Below the pieces are notes generated by a model that saw only the letters and a list, made by a program, of their open reading frames with translations, was not told the DNA's origin and made no database searches. From Eledone cirrhosa (taxonomy: Eukaryota): a DNA stretch of 64,000 bases. Location of the stretch: assembly GCA_964016885.1 (NCBI GenBank), contig OZ024743.1, positions 53,444,001-53,508,000 of the forward strand, written 5' to 3'. Positions 38,421 to 53,522 of the stretch are shown here, one piece after another (the first letter of the stretch is position 1; the number at the start of each line of letters is the position of its first letter). Both the position numbers and the translations under genes were made by a program.

Positions 38421-38883
38421 CTCTTCTGCTTATTTATAAAGTTTATTTATTTGATTCATTACCTTTGGAGAAAAAACTCATAAATAAGCTGCTATTTTAT
38501 TGCTTAAGCTGTTCAATCAGTTTTTTCTCTTATTTTATGACTTTTTATTTTCTCCCCTCTCTCCCTCTTCCACTATCTCTCCCTAACTCTCTCCTCCTCC
38601 TCCCTCATTCCCTCTCCTTCTCTCACTCACTCTCCCTCTCTCTCCCCGTTTCTATTTCTATCACTCCTTTCTCTCCCTCTCTCTCCCTCCTCTACTCTCG
38701 CTTTCTCTCAATCTATTTTTCTCACGCTATCCCTCCTCTCTCTCTCTCCCTCACTCTCTTTCTCTCTCATTCTCTCCCGCTCCCTCTCTTTCTCTCTCAC
38801 CCCTCTCTTTCTCTCTTTCTCCCTCTCCCTCGTGTTTTGCAAAGTATTATAATGTTCACGACTGTGGTAGCACAACCTCCCCA

Positions 38884-38884
38884 T

Positions 38885-38960
<76 letters not shown>
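38884..38960. repeat. (TAC)n trinucleotide microsatellite
   Basis: Seen directly. Confidence 0.97.
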
Positions 38961-38961
<1 letters not shown>

Positions 38962-39522
38962 TTTAATAACATTTCTTTTGTTTATATTATCCTTATTTGT
39001 GTTAATGGCTTGTTTCTAGTGTTTTCATTAACTGACTACAAAACCATCCGTCTACCCTCACCAGAAATAGTGTTTCGCGTGTTTAAAGGACGGGTGGATA
39101 TAGGAAGAGGAGTATATATAGAAAGGGGAGGATAAAATAATAGGAGAAAGAGTAGGAAAAGGAGAGAAAGATGAAGTGAGGAATAAGAAAAAAAAGTGAG
39201 GAAGAGAGGATAAAGTAGGAGTGGAGAGAGAGTGAGAGGAAATAATAGAGAGGTGTGGAGAGTTAGAAGAATAAGAGAGAGAGAGGGGGGCATAGATTTA
39301 GAGGAAAGAGAGAGAGTAAGAGAGAGGGAGAGAGTGGAAATAAGAGAGAGGGGAAAGAGTTAGAGGAAAGAGAGTGTAAGCGAGAGAAGGACGTAGAGTT
39401 AAAGGAAACAGAGAAAGTAAGACAGAGAGAGAGGGCGCTAGCTGGGGAAAGAAAGAAAGAGAGAGAGAGGAAATAAGAGACAGAGGGGTAGAGTAAGAGG
39501 AAAAGGAGAGAGAGAGAGAGAT

Positions 39523-39564
<42 letters not shown>

Positions 39565-39660
39565 AAGAGAGAGAGAAATGTTTGGCATAGACAATGTACA
39601 AAGCGAGACAGTTGAAAGTTGAGAAAGAGATATGAGAGAAAGAAAGATAGATAGATAGAT

Positions 39661-42600
39661 ATATTTCTTTATTAGCCACAAGGGCGCACAAGAAAAGGGG
39701 ACAATACAAAGACATGCCGGGGATTTTACATACAGTCGTGTAAAAAATATAAAAACAAGCAATTACAACAATCGAAATCCCCAATAGGGGGGAAGGCGCC
39801 ACAAATGGGTTGTTTAATACCCCGTCGATAGAACAACCCTCAACTCCAGGAGCGTGTTGTGCAAGTGCCCCTTTCTTCCTTTTGCTCTCTTCCTCAACCT
39901 ACAGGCTTATAAACAGAGAAGGCCCAATCACTCGGGCAATTTTCACCCACCTTTCAGTAAATTTACTGGGGTGCAGTGCCTCTCTCTCCACCCTGATTCT
40001 CCTTCTAAAGTGATACTTAAAGAAGGGAATCAATTGTCCGGAGAGAAAGGCATCTGTCCTCAGTCCTCTCAACCTCGTCCACCATATAACTTCTTTCACC
40101 ATAGCCACCGTACAGAGGAAAACCGCCTCTCTTTCGTTTTTGAAAGAGGCTGGCGGTTTGATCCTTACTATGGACTCGGCAGTCAACTGGATTTGTCCCA
40201 TACGCGACAGCAGTTGTTCTGCATAGTTCCACAGGTCGGTTACGCCCGGGCAGTGTACAATTGCGTGTAGGACTGTTTCAATGTCCTGCGCGCATCTTGG
40301 ACACATCCTCTTGGAAGGATCCCTACCGGTTCGTGCCTGTAGATCTTGTCACGAACCGGTAGAGCTCCTCGGTAGCACTGCCAGACCAGGGACCTCTGGA
40401 AGTTGTCCATAGGTCCCGGGCGGAAATTCCTACCAAACAGACTGGTGAGCTCATCGTCTTCGACGCCCAGAGTCTCTCCGAGCACGTCGTCGCCCTTGTA
40501 ACGTACAATCCCTCTATAGAATGTCGAAGTGGAGTCTCCACCGATTGAGGCGCCCGCTTGCCAGAGGACTGTGAGCGCCTGAGCGCATTCAATGTGCCAG
40601 GCGCCCATCGTTTTCGGTCTTTTCTTCACCCAGGACTGCAGCTCCGTCAGCGAGACGAAGTGTGGGAAAGCCTCTCACAAACGGTACCCACACCGGTTCG
40701 GGGTCGGTGAGGAATACCTGGAGATGCCGCAGCCTCAGCGCATGTTTGCGCATCATCAGCCACGGCATTCCCAGCCCTCCGTTGGAAGGGTGCTGACAGC
40801 AGACGGATCTCCTCACCAGCAGAGCTTGCTTCTTCCACAGAAACTGAAGAGCATGCGTTCCATCTTGTCGAGGTGCTCACGGGGACAAGGCACGACAGTC
40901 AAGCGGTAGTAGATGACGGGCGCTATGAAAGTGTTCACCACCTCCGCTCGACCTTTCAAGGACAGTTTGCACTCTGCCCACTTCTGGGTGAGTGCAAACA
41001 CCTTGGTCGTGACCTCGTTCCAGTTTTTCTCCACCTGGAGGTCTGGACCGAACCAGACCCCGAGCAATTTCACCGGTCCGTCCGTCCAGCGTCCAACGAC
41101 GCTATCGGACGTCATCGGTTTGCATCTCCACGTACCGAGTTGCAAACCGACAGACTTGTCCGGGTTTAGTTTTGCTCCCGTCAGCGTTTCGTATTCTTTC
41201 AGTAAGTTGCCGATCACCCCGATTTCCGAGGTGCTCGACACCATTACCGTCACGTCGTCGGCATAAGCCGACGCCGCTTTGCGCAGTCCCGGTTCTAGAG
41301 GGATGCCCTGCAACAGCTCCAATTTCCGCAGTAGTGGCTCTAGAGTCAATACATACAGAATGGAGGAGAGAGGGCACCCCTGTCGAATGGAACGCGTGAT
41401 TGCGAACGGCTCCGATACGTAGCCGTTCACCTTGACCCTCGAGAAGATGCTGGTGTGCATCGCCTCGATCCATCCCCTGAACACGGGACCGAAACCGGCT
41501 GCCTTGAGAACCGCTTCCAAGTATAGTTGGTCGACTCTATCGAATGCCTTAGACTGATCCAAGTTGATCAGAGCCCCACCGAAGCCGGGTTTACTACCCA
41601 CCCTCTCTATGATGTATCGCATGAGGTGGAGGTTGTCGTGTATGGACCTAGTCGGGATTGCACACGTTTGCGCTTTCCCTATCAGGTTCTCGACGACAAG
41701 CGCCAACCTCGTCGCTAGTACCTTGGCCAAAATCTTTAACTCTGTGTTGAGCAGAGTTATGGGCCTGAAGTTGTTAATTTCGTCCCCCTTGTTCTCGTCT
41801 TTCCTGATCAGCGTTACTACGCCCTTGCCTTCAGAACTGGGAATTCTCCCGTTCTGCTGCCAATTGCAGTAGACGGCTTCGAGGACGCCAGAGAACAAGT
41901 CCGGCATGCCTATGTAAAATTCGTAGGGTAGACCATCTAGACCGGGTGACTTGCGTTTCCCGCAGCTGCCCAGAGCCTCCCGAATCTCAGTGTCCGTGAT
42001 CGGTCTTTCGCAGAACTCGGCGCCCGTGTTCGAGAGACGCGGCAGGCCGTCGAGGTATGAACTAAAGTCCATTTCCCCGTTCGGCTCACCGTCGTTCTGC
42101 TCAAACAGTTGCGCAAAGTGCCGCTGAAAGGCCGCGCACATTTGCTTGGGGTCAAGTAGCACGCGTCCGTTTTGGTCTTTCAAAGACCGAATCGTGAACT
42201 TGTTGCCACTTTTTGCCTCCGCCACTCGGGCCCAGCTGACAGCTTTCGCTCCTTCGTTTCCTAGAGCACGTGTTTTGATTCTGACCACGCAGCCTTCGTG
42301 TTTCGCATCGAAGAACTGGTCCAGTGCCGTTCTCGACGCTAACACTCTAGCCGCGTTGCCACTTCTAAGTGCCTCCTCTACCTTGGCTACTAGTTCTCTT
42401 TCTATTCTGTTTTTCTCTAAGGCTAACTCTCTCCTATACTCTATCGATTCTATTCTAATTGCTTTCTTGAGAGAGTACCACCATCTATTGTTGACGATGG
42501 CTCCCATTAACTGTTGCTTGACTAGTCTACTTATCCGTTCACTGCAAGCTTTACGTGCCGGCAACGATACGTTCAGCTTCCAGTATCCGGGACCCTGTCT

Positions 42601-43260
42601 ATGTATTCTATCACGGTTGACTAAGCAGACGACTAACTTGTGATCTGAATAGGCAACCATGTGCATTCGTGGACAGCTTAACATCTCCTTGTCCCTTTCT
42701 GTAATGAAGAACCTATCTAAATACGATCTAGATGTCCCACTGCGGTTTGCCCACGTCCACTGTGGTGCAGTCGGGAAATCCAGTCGATACCTATCGGCCA
42801 GTTGGAATTGGCCGATTAAAGTTTTGAGGCTGTTGCACCCCGCTCTACTGGGACATGCTCCCACATAGTCCCATCGTGCATCTAGGATACCATTCCAGTC
42901 CCCGCTAAAAGTAAGGAGCGAGACGTTCCCAGAAAAGACTCTAGATGCTTAAAGAAGTCTGGCCGTGATTACGATTGCCCGGTTGTGGCATAAACGGCCA
43001 CCAGTCTGAAGGCTCCACCTCCGATACTGTTCACGTCTAGGTCTACCAGTCTACCCTCCGGGTCCAAGTGTACTTGCTGTACTACTACGTCCAGGTTCTT
43101 CCGAAACATGACAGCCACTCCACCTCCACCTCCTGGCTGACAGAGAGATGCATAGATCTCAAAATCGTCGAAGATGGGGGTTTGTTGCTGCCTGTTGTGG
43201 ATCCTGGACTCGGTGATGGCTTCACATCCATACTGTGTGACCTAAGGTCGTTTAAAAGTT
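39661..43260 (-). mobile_element. Tx1-clade retrotransposon copy 4: nearly complete but frameshifted ORF2 + 3' UTR, lacking ORF1
   Basis: 683-aa ORF 40813-42864 (SYLDRF, YSDH, GPGYWKLN, LDQSKAFD, RQGCPLS, YADD) plus further ORF pieces; 3' end is very similar to copy 1; (AGAT)n on both sides. Confidence 0.93.
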
Positions 43261-43262
43261 CA

Positions 43263-43307
<45 letters not shown>

Positions 43308-43327
43308 GAAAGATACATAGATAGATA

Positions 43328-43712
43328 TGTTTCTTTATTAGCCACAGGGGCACAAAAGAAGGGGACAAATACAAAGGAGGAAGTTTACATACAATAAAAA
43401 CGTGTAAAATATTATCACAAATGCAATTTAAAAAATTAGTCGATTTTCCCCAATAGGGGGAGACAGTTTATATGGGTAACACATACCCCCGAAAAAATGT
43501 GCAACCCTCATCTCCAGGAGTACGAAGAGTTTGTACTCCTTTCCTCTCCTCCTCCTTTTCCTCAACATACAGGCTGATATAGAGAGAAGGCCCATTCACT
43601 CGGGCCATTCTCGCCACTTTCACCCACCTTTCATAAAACTTGCTGGGGTACAGCACCTCTCTCTCCATCCTGATTCTTCTTCCAAAGTGGTATTTGAAAA
43701 AAAGAATCAGAA
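43328..43712 (-). mobile_element. Tx1-clade copy 5, very short 3' fragment (another subfamily)
   Basis: LILFFKYHFGRRIRMEREVLYPSKFYERWVKVARMARVNGPSLYISL; ends gtggctaataaagaaacat-atct. Confidence 0.9.
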
Positions 43713-43800
43713 AGATACATAGATAGATAGATAGATGGATAGATAGATAGATTGATGGATAGCTAGATAGATTGATAGATTGATTGATGGATAAATAGAT

Positions 43801-44419
43801 ATCTTTCTTTATTTGCCACAGGGACGTACAAGGGACATTACAAGACGTGACGGCGGGGGTTTTACATAAAAATAACTTTAACATTAATAAATAACAATAA
43901 ACTATATATAATAAAATAACAATTGAAATCCCCAATAGGGGGGGAGGGCTACTGCGGGGTTGTTTTACATCCCCTGGATAGAACAACCCTCAACACCAGG
44001 AACATGTTTTGTCGGTGTTCCTGCCTTTCCTCTGTTTATCTTCCTCAACCTACAGGTTTATATACAGGTTTATATTCACTCGGGCCATTTTCGCCACCTT
44101 TCAGCGAATTTGCTGGGGTGTAGCACCTCTCTCACCACTCTCACCTTCCTTCTGAAGTGGTACTTAAAGAAGAGGATAAGTTGTTGTCCGGAGAGAAAGG
44201 TGTTTGCCCTCAGTCCTTTCAACCTCGTCCACCATATTACCTCTTTTGCCATAGCCACCAGAGAGAAGAAAACCGCCTCTCCTGCATTCTTAAATGAAGG
44301 CGGCGGGTTGATCCTCACAATGGACTCGGCTGACAACTGGATGCGTCCCACACGTGACAGTAGCTGTTCGACATAATTCAACAAGTCGGTCACCCCTGGG
44401 CACTGAACAATTGCGTGCA
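43801..44419 (-). mobile_element. Tx1-clade copy 6, 3' fragment (same subfamily as copy 2)
   Basis: LHAIVQCPGVTDL...FKYHFRRKVRV; 3' UTR nearly matches 11110-11356; (AGAT)n on both sides. Confidence 0.9.
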
Positions 44420-44431
44420 AATAGATAGATG

Positions 44432-44483
<52 letters not shown>

Positions 44484-45088
44484 TGTTAGTAAATAGATAG
44501 ACATACATAGAGGGGGAAATATAGAAGGAGAAATGGTTAAGAAAGAGAGAGATGGAATGAGGCAAAGAGTGAAAGAGAGGTGTAAAAAGAGAGGCTGGTG
44601 AAATAGAGGGCGTGTGAAAGGAAGATAAAGAGGGTGGGTTAAAAAATAGAGGGGTGAGAGAGAGAGAGAAAGAAAGGGTGGAAAGATATAAAGAGAGATA
44701 GGAGGTAAAAAGAGAAAGGTAAAGATTAAGGTGGAGAACAGGAACAGTGAAAAGGGTGTGGAAATGAACAATAAACGAGTCCGAAATAGTGGTAGAACGA
44801 CGTAAGCGAGATGTTTGTGGTGTTAGATGGAGTCGAAGAAGTTGTTAGGCCTATGAATTATGATGCCTGTCTCCACAGTGCTAATTATTCAGTCCAGAGC
44901 ACAACAGTTGCCACCATTAACTGGACAACTTCACTTTCTGTATGTAGATTGACTGTGCTATTATACATAATGCTTTTCGTTGAATTTCAGGCGCCATTTT
45001 AGTTTTGTATATTTTGGAGTTAACGGTTTGTTACCTATGTTCAACATACATTCATACATAGGTATATCGACTAATGCATGTGTCCACC

Positions 45089-45135
<47 letters not shown>

Positions 45136-45732
45136 TGTGTGTAGAGAGAGTGAGAGAGAGAGGGGGAGAGAGGGAGAGAGAGGGAGAGAGAGAGAGAGAG
45201 AGAGAGAAACATATACAGATTTTTATACGTAGAGTTATAGCATATAAATATATATACACATAGATTTAGTCCATTGGGACGGCACATAGCTTCTATATAT
45301 ATATATAAATATATATATACTAGTTGTGTGTGTTAACATATTTCTATTGAAGACTAATGTCTATGAAGTTCAAATAATTTTGAGGTATTTAGTAATATAA
45401 CTGACTTTCTCATAATTAAGTTGGTACTTAGATTATATCTTAACAAAGGTTCTTACATAAAATGATGTTAGAAGGTTTTTAGATAAATATAAACAGCTTT
45501 ATACAGTAGAAGCGGTGGCGATTTCGGACGATTTAGTATCAAAAGGGTTAACCAATGAACACCAGTATAACCACGGTCCTTTGTAGACAATATCTCTAGC
45601 TATTGTTTACTATATTGTATGAACGATTGCATGCATAGAACTGTGAGTTTCAAAATTCTACATTTTGTACTGAGTGCTCGTTTTCATTTGTACATAAAGT
45701 AATATACATACACACACACACACACAGACACA

Positions 45733-45814
<82 letters not shown>

Positions 45815-45995
45815 TGTATGTATGTATATACGCATACAATCACACATGTCATCATAAGAGAGCTATATATACAAACATAAATACACACTTACAGACATAT
45901 ATAATACAATCTATCTATTTATCTTCCGCTCTCTCTCTCCCCTCTCTATCTCTGTATATATATATATATATATATATAGTGTGTGTGTGTATGTA

Positions 45996-46052
<57 letters not shown>

Positions 46053-46107
46053 TACATACATACATATATATATATACATATATATATAGTGTGTGTGTGT
46101 GTATGTA

Positions 46108-46555
<448 letters not shown>

Positions 46556-47006
46556 AACATAATAAACATATATATATATACACACACAAACAATCATACA
46601 TGCATGCATAAATACATACATATAATACATATATATATATGATATATAGATATATATATTCATACTTACATACATGTATCTACAACATGACTACGTACGA
46701 ACATTCCTGTTCATACATGCATAGTTAGCTACAGTAAACCATAAGACTATCATCCAATCAAGTTTAGTGCAACTTGCGAAGGGGCAGGGTGTTCTCAGAG
46801 CTTTCTTCTACACACACATACACTCACACGTATATATATATATGTATATACCATATATCATATATATATATATATATATATATATCCAAACATACCTATA
46901 ATTATATATATATATATATACCCAAAAGTACCTATATATATACATACCTATATATATACCCAAACATACCTATATATATACATACATATATATATACCCA
47001 AACATA

Positions 47007-47048
<42 letters not shown>

Positions 47049-47144
47049 CTTATATATTTATATATATATACACCCAAACATACCTATATATATTTATTTA
47101 TATATATACCCAAACTTACCTACACACACACACACGCACATGCA

Positions 47145-47268
<124 letters not shown>

Positions 47269-47782
47269 CAAACTTACCTATGAATATATATATATATATA
47301 TATATATTTTAATGGCGCCACCATATGATCTGATTTGCCGTTAACGGGGATTTGAACTAACTTTGAATTTCTTCGTTCATAAGTCAGAAAAGATCTGTAG
47401 ATCTGCAGATGTATACGTCTGTAGAAAATCTTTCTCTTCTACCTGTGATTGGATTACTGACTATTTTGACAATTCGTGTGGTTTGCTTCACGGCACACTT
47501 AACCAGTTTTTACACATAGAATCATTTCCACTCTCACTTTGTAACCAGCTTCCTCCCTCCCTCTCTCTCTCTCTCGTCTTCGATTTGTCTTTCCCTTGCT
47601 AGTTTTGGCTCTTCACCTTCTCTGTACACGCACGCACACACATAATATATATATATATATATATAAACAACCTAACACACACACACACACATATATATAT
47701 ATAAACATATATACATCATACATATATACATACATACACATATACTCATATACATATGAGTGTATGTATGTATATATCTATA

Positions 47783-47972
47783 ATTGTTTCTACTTTTGGC
47801 ACAAGGCCAGCAATTACCCAGTGCATTACTGGTACTTTATTTGATCGACCCCCGTAAGGATGAAAGGCAAAGTTAACCTCGGCGGGATTTGGACTCAGAA
47901 TGGCAAGGGCCGTAACTCTATGCGTCAAAGCATGGCGTCCGACCCTCTACCGATACTGCCAATCCACCGCCC
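47783..47972 (-). mobile_element. tRNA-derived SINE, second family, near full length
   Basis: Reverse complement matches 50497-50678. Confidence 0.85.
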
Positions 47973-49605
47973 TTGTATGATATAATGTATAATATAATGG
48001 CAATAGAATTACAAAATATTTAAACTCACTAGCTAAGACAGCATATTTAGAAGTCCACGTAGATACTCAAGATATCCCAGATGAGCCAACCAGGAAACCC
48101 TGCCGCCAGTGATTTCCAAACTTATTTTGTCATAGAACTTGAAGACGCTTTTCCAGAAATCGCGGAACACGTACCGATATGTTGTGGACAACACATAAAG
48201 AGATAAAATCTGATCTGATATAGAATTCAATACGAAATGTACAGTTAAACATGTATAATTTTTGTCATAAAAGATTTAATTTCACCCCCCCCCCCAAAAA
48301 AAAAAAGAAATCTTATTTCAATATCGGAGGTACTGCTATCCGGGATTTAAAGAAAAACATTAACTCAAATAGAGAGAAACGATGTAAAGAAACTGTATTT
48401 CAATATTGGAAATAGCGTTATCCAATGTTTCTTTGAAAATAAAGTGAAGTGATTTTAGTCACAGGCACAGCTGGCTCCAGCAAGGAGTACTTGAAATGGG
48501 CTCATATCTGTCCTTGACTTCGAAACACTACGCTAATATTTTGCCTGCGTTGAAAAGATAGGAGGGATGGAATTTGAGGGTAGCAATCTTACCTCCAGTA
48601 ATAAAAATTGCTACAAAAACGACAAGCAAATACCCTGTCTGGGAACGAGTCCTTGATAAGGCATGCAGCCATGCTGAATGGAGACCTCACGTAAGCCAGT
48701 GCTCTATGGAGGCATCAGGAACTGAGAACATTATTTAAAAATCGCCCCTTATCTTAACAAGACATTAAAGGACACGAAATTATTTGGAGGAGAGAATATG
48801 AAAAAATGTTTCATTAGATTTGATTAAAAGACACATTATATCGTGGAAACATCCCAATTTCTTTCACGGAACCCTACAATTTTACGGAACCCACTTTTGG
48901 AAACAATATTAGGCAATTAGTTGCTGTAAATGCCTGTGAAATCTTTACCTCAAATTATGTACCACTGTTTATAAAAGCAAGAACATATTTATTGGAATAA
49001 AGTAGACTTTGTTACACAGTTGAGAAAACTCTGGTCTAGAAGCTAAATTTAAGAGATGAGACATCAAGCCACAATGTACTCGCTTCTGTCATCAGCCTTT
49101 CATAAACATGAGTGAGTGTTGGTTTTTAATAAGAAATGAAAATATTTAAGACGGATAGGTTTGTGTGGTTGACAAAGGAAATTTGACAGTCTCTTCAGTG
49201 TAAAATAATGCTGTATTATATACAAAGGACACATGCCCTTGGCAAGAGAGAAGACGACGAAAACAATGGAGAGATATCAAGTGAATGATAGTTATTTAGT
49301 AAAGGGGGAGATGTAAGACTAATAATAATGATAATAATAGCTAGAGAAGGTGGAAGGTTAGTGTCAAGATAGCTCTCCACTGTATTGCCATAACAATGAT
49401 AACTATAGCTCAAACACACACAGACACAAACAAACACAAACACGCACACACACACTTTAGTCATGACATCCTAAGCATTATGATTTGTCAGCCCTCTGGC
49501 TATTGGAGTGGTGGCCTGCTTGTTAACTGACCGGCCATTACTCACATATACATACATACACACATACACACACATACGCATACACACACACACATTATAT
49601 ATATA

Positions 49606-49669
<64 letters not shown>

Positions 49670-49671
49670 CA

Positions 49672-49735
<64 letters not shown>

Positions 49736-49761
49736 TATATACATATATATATATATAATAC

Positions 49762-49796
<35 letters not shown>

Positions 49797-50496
49797 GAGA
49801 GAGAGAGGGGGAGAGAGAGAGAGACATGCGTATACATGTACACGTATAAGGAAATATTTAGACACACATATATGTATATATAAACATACACACATACACA
49901 CAGCTGGACAAACGAAACACAGAAGCATACATATACAGATGGCATACATATAGACATAAAACTATATACATACATGTTAATATACACATGTATATATACA
50001 CACACATAGTGTCAACATGAACAGCTGAAAACACTTAAAAGTCTTAAATCCCAATTTTACAAAACACAATGAATAGCAATAGAATTGTCAATATATTTCA
50101 CACAGGTTTTCCATGATTAGGTTTACCCCCCCCCCTACACACACAAACACAGACACACACACACACACGTGCGCAAAGCAAGCTGATGTTCCACGTAGAG
50201 CATTTCAGTTGTTCGATCAACTGAACGAAGTGGCTGAGTATTCCACAGACACTTTTAGCTTGACTGTGAGCGTCAAAGCTGATCCTTTCAAGTACAAGGC
50301 TTCCACACAGTTTCCGCCTACCTAATGTCCCTCAAAAGATGCAGGTCGATCCGAGGGTATAATGAGAGACACGTTTACAAGATAATACGCGGTGAGATTG
50401 AACGTGGGAGTTCATAATTGCTAAGCGAATATTTTAACCACTGCCAACTCTCGGGTTTCCAACAATCACCGTTTATTATTTCATCCCTATCACCAG

Positions 50497-50678
50497 AGGG
50501 CGGTGGATGGCAGTATCGGTAGAGGGGTCTGACACCATGCTTTGCAACCAAGAGTTACGGCTCTTGCCATTCTGAGTTCAAATCCCGCCGAGGTTAACTT
50601 TGACTTTCATCCTTACGGGGTCGATAAAATAAAGTACCAGTAATGTACTGGCCTTGTGCCAAAAGTAGAAACAATTAT
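50497..50678 (+). mobile_element. tRNA-derived SINE, second family
   Basis: A box tggcagtatcggtagag, B box gagttcaaatcc, body ttaactttgactttcatcc...gtcgataaaataaagtaccagt, tail gccttgtgccaaaagtagaaac. Confidence 0.85.
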
Positions 50679-51244
50679 TTCATCCCCATCACCGTTTATC
50701 AATTTTCAGATTCTGACCCCCCAGCCCACCCGCTCTTATTCCATCCCCACCGCTTATTAATTTTTGCTAATCAATCTTTGGTGAAATTTTATTTTAAGTG
50801 GTAGCATTCCTGCAACAATTTATTTTCTTTATACATTAAAAAACATTATACCTGAGAAAACAGTACATTACTAGAAATCCAATACGTTATAAAATAAATA
50901 GGATGGGTTGGGGTCTCAATATTTAAACTAAATGACTAATTCTGGTTTTTAAAAAAATCAACGGAAACAACCTAGAAAATTACCGATTTTCTACCCCAAC
51001 CCCACCACTTATTCTCCGCCCTATTAATTGGGACCCGAGAGAATATGCTCATGAAACACATTACACACGCACATGCCTGTAAGCTGGAACAGAGTAGATA
51101 TATATATTTTCATGTTTTTAAATTGATGGCTCTTACTTGATTAATTCTGTTTCCTTCTGTAAGGATTCATATATGTTTATATACCTTTCTATATCTATTT
51201 TTATATCTGTGTGTACATATATGTACGTACGTTAAATATATAGA

Positions 51245-51618
51245 TGCATGCCTACATATGTATGTGTACACATACATATATAGGAATGTATCCATATATG
51301 TATGAGTACACATACATATATAGGTATAGATCCATATATGTATGTGTACACATACATATATAGGTATACATCCATATATGTATGTGTACACATACATATA
51401 TAGGTATACATCCATATATGTATGTGTACACATACATATATAGGTATACATCCATATATGTATGTGTACACATACATATATAGGTATGCATCCATATATG
51501 TATGTGTACACATACATATATAGAAATGTATCCATATATGTATGTGTACACATACATATATAGAAATGTATCCATATATGTATGTGTACACATACATATA
51601 TAGGTATGCATCTATATA
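51245..51618. repeat. 40-bp minisatellite (~9 units) with a 28-bp perfect palindrome per unit
   Basis: Unit atatatgtatgtgtacacatacatatat-aggtatacatcc. Confidence 0.95.
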
Positions 51619-52230
51619 TTTAACGAAAAGGACATAGAACAAAAGATTAAAATAGAGAGATGGAGAGTTAAGAAGATAGGGGGAGGGGGGGTAGAGGGAG
51701 AGAAAGAGGGAGGGAAAGAGGGAGACACAGTGATGTCGAGAGAAAAAAAGTGACGGAAAGAAACAAGAAAATAGATAGAATAATTTCAATTGAAGAAACT
51801 ATAAAGGAGGTGGGGGTTAAATTTATGAGTTAGAGAAGTAGGATTAACGGATTAAAGGTTTATAGTAGGATTGATAAATATATTAAGGTTCCTACAACGT
51901 GGAATGAAAGAAAACAGTTGTTGAATTTTAAATGTACGAATGACTGATATATTGAGCAGAACATAGGAAGCAACATTTTTTGTTATTGTTATTGTTGATA
52001 TTGATGTTGGTGTTATCGGTGCTGTTTTGGTGTTGTCGTTTTGTGTTGTTGCTGTTTGTGATGGATGTTGTCTTCATTTCGTTGTCGTTGTTTTAGTTGT
52101 GGGTGTTTTAAGTGGAGGTGTATATATAAGCATACACACATAATATATATGCATGTATATATGTATATATACATACATACATACATACATACACACACAC
52201 ACATATGTATATATATATATACACACATGT

Positions 52231-52275
<45 letters not shown>

Positions 52276-52516
52276 TGTGTGTGTGTGTGTGTGTGTATAT
52301 ATACAGTGGCGGACTGAGTCTAACAGTAGTGGTTGCCAGGAGATGGAGGGGGCCCACCTACATATAGAATGCTATCATTTAATTTTTATAATGAATAAAT
52401 AACATTTTCAAAAAATACATAAGTAGAAACAAAACAGCGCAATCAAATTTTTGCAGAAAAATATCTTACATTCTCCAATAATGATCTTTGGTCTTTCATA
52501 CTCACTCAACATATAG

Positions 52517-52581
<65 letters not shown>

Positions 52582-52704
52582 GTTTGCTAAAATAATCAAA
52601 TTAAATTAATTCAACAGTTAAACACACATAGGAGTAATAAGGTTGTTACCAAAGAGCCAGAAGATTGACAAGTCGACCCTAAATATTATTAATAACTCCA
52701 GGAA

Positions 52705-53065
52705 AGTCTGAACGACACCACATCTTTTTAATTTTGACTTTGAAAGTAGGTTTATAATTATCAATTTTCATTAAACTTTTGTAGCTGTCTCGGTAGCCTA
52801 GTTGGATGAACCATAGACGGTGGTGATCCTGGTCTGAAGTTCGATCCTGGTCGTGAGAAGGGTTCCCGGTAAAACCTTTCAGTCATTTTTTAGTGGTTGT
52901 AATATAAAAATTGAAAAAATTACATGTACTTCTTGACCAGGATCTCCACTGTCTCTAGGACCTACCGCTAGGCCACAGAGACAACTACGAAGATCTTATG
53001 AAAATTCATACTTATAAACCTACTTTAAAAATTTTCAAAATAAAATGATGTGATGTCGTTCATGT
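52705..53065. mobile_element. MITE-like element with long imperfect inverted arms containing tRNA-like sequence
   Basis: aacgacaccacatc..aaagtaggtttataa..gtagctgtctcggtagcctag is mirrored by ctaggccacagagacaactac..ttataaacctacttt..gatgtgatgtcgtt. Confidence 0.6.
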
Positions 53066-53522
53066 CTTTCTTAATGTTATTGTTCCTACTTAAGGTCGTA
53101 CACTGTAAAGGGGTCGTGACGGTGTTACGACAAAAAGCATCCGAAGAGATTGGGAAACAGCAAGAGGTCAACCGTCCATCAGTAACTCATTATTGTACAC
53201 ACACACTCACACATACACATATATACATACATATATGCATATATATAAGTGTGTGTGTGTGTGTGTGTGTGATGTGCATATATACGTAAATAAGACCATT
53301 ATTGCTCTAATCAGTCTATTAACCCTCAGCCAATACCCTCAACGGAGCGCTAACCTGTATCCATGGCTCCTGCCAAACAAACCGTACTCAGTCTTTAAAC
53401 TCTAAAAATCATACGTGGACCACCCATTCTCCCCAACTCGGCTTACGCAATCAGACGGTAACAGCCACCATATGGGGAAGAGAGACGTTATCAAACGTGG
53501 ACATATATACATATCTATCTAT

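Noticed and set aside
44780-44850. Possible RTE endonuclease remnant (EIVVERRKRDVCGVRW)
   Set aside because: Too short and degenerate to support
48033-48230. Possible host exon (65-aa ORF in unique-looking sequence)
   Set aside because: No recognisable domain or convincing splice-site pair; small exons cannot be excluded without RNA data
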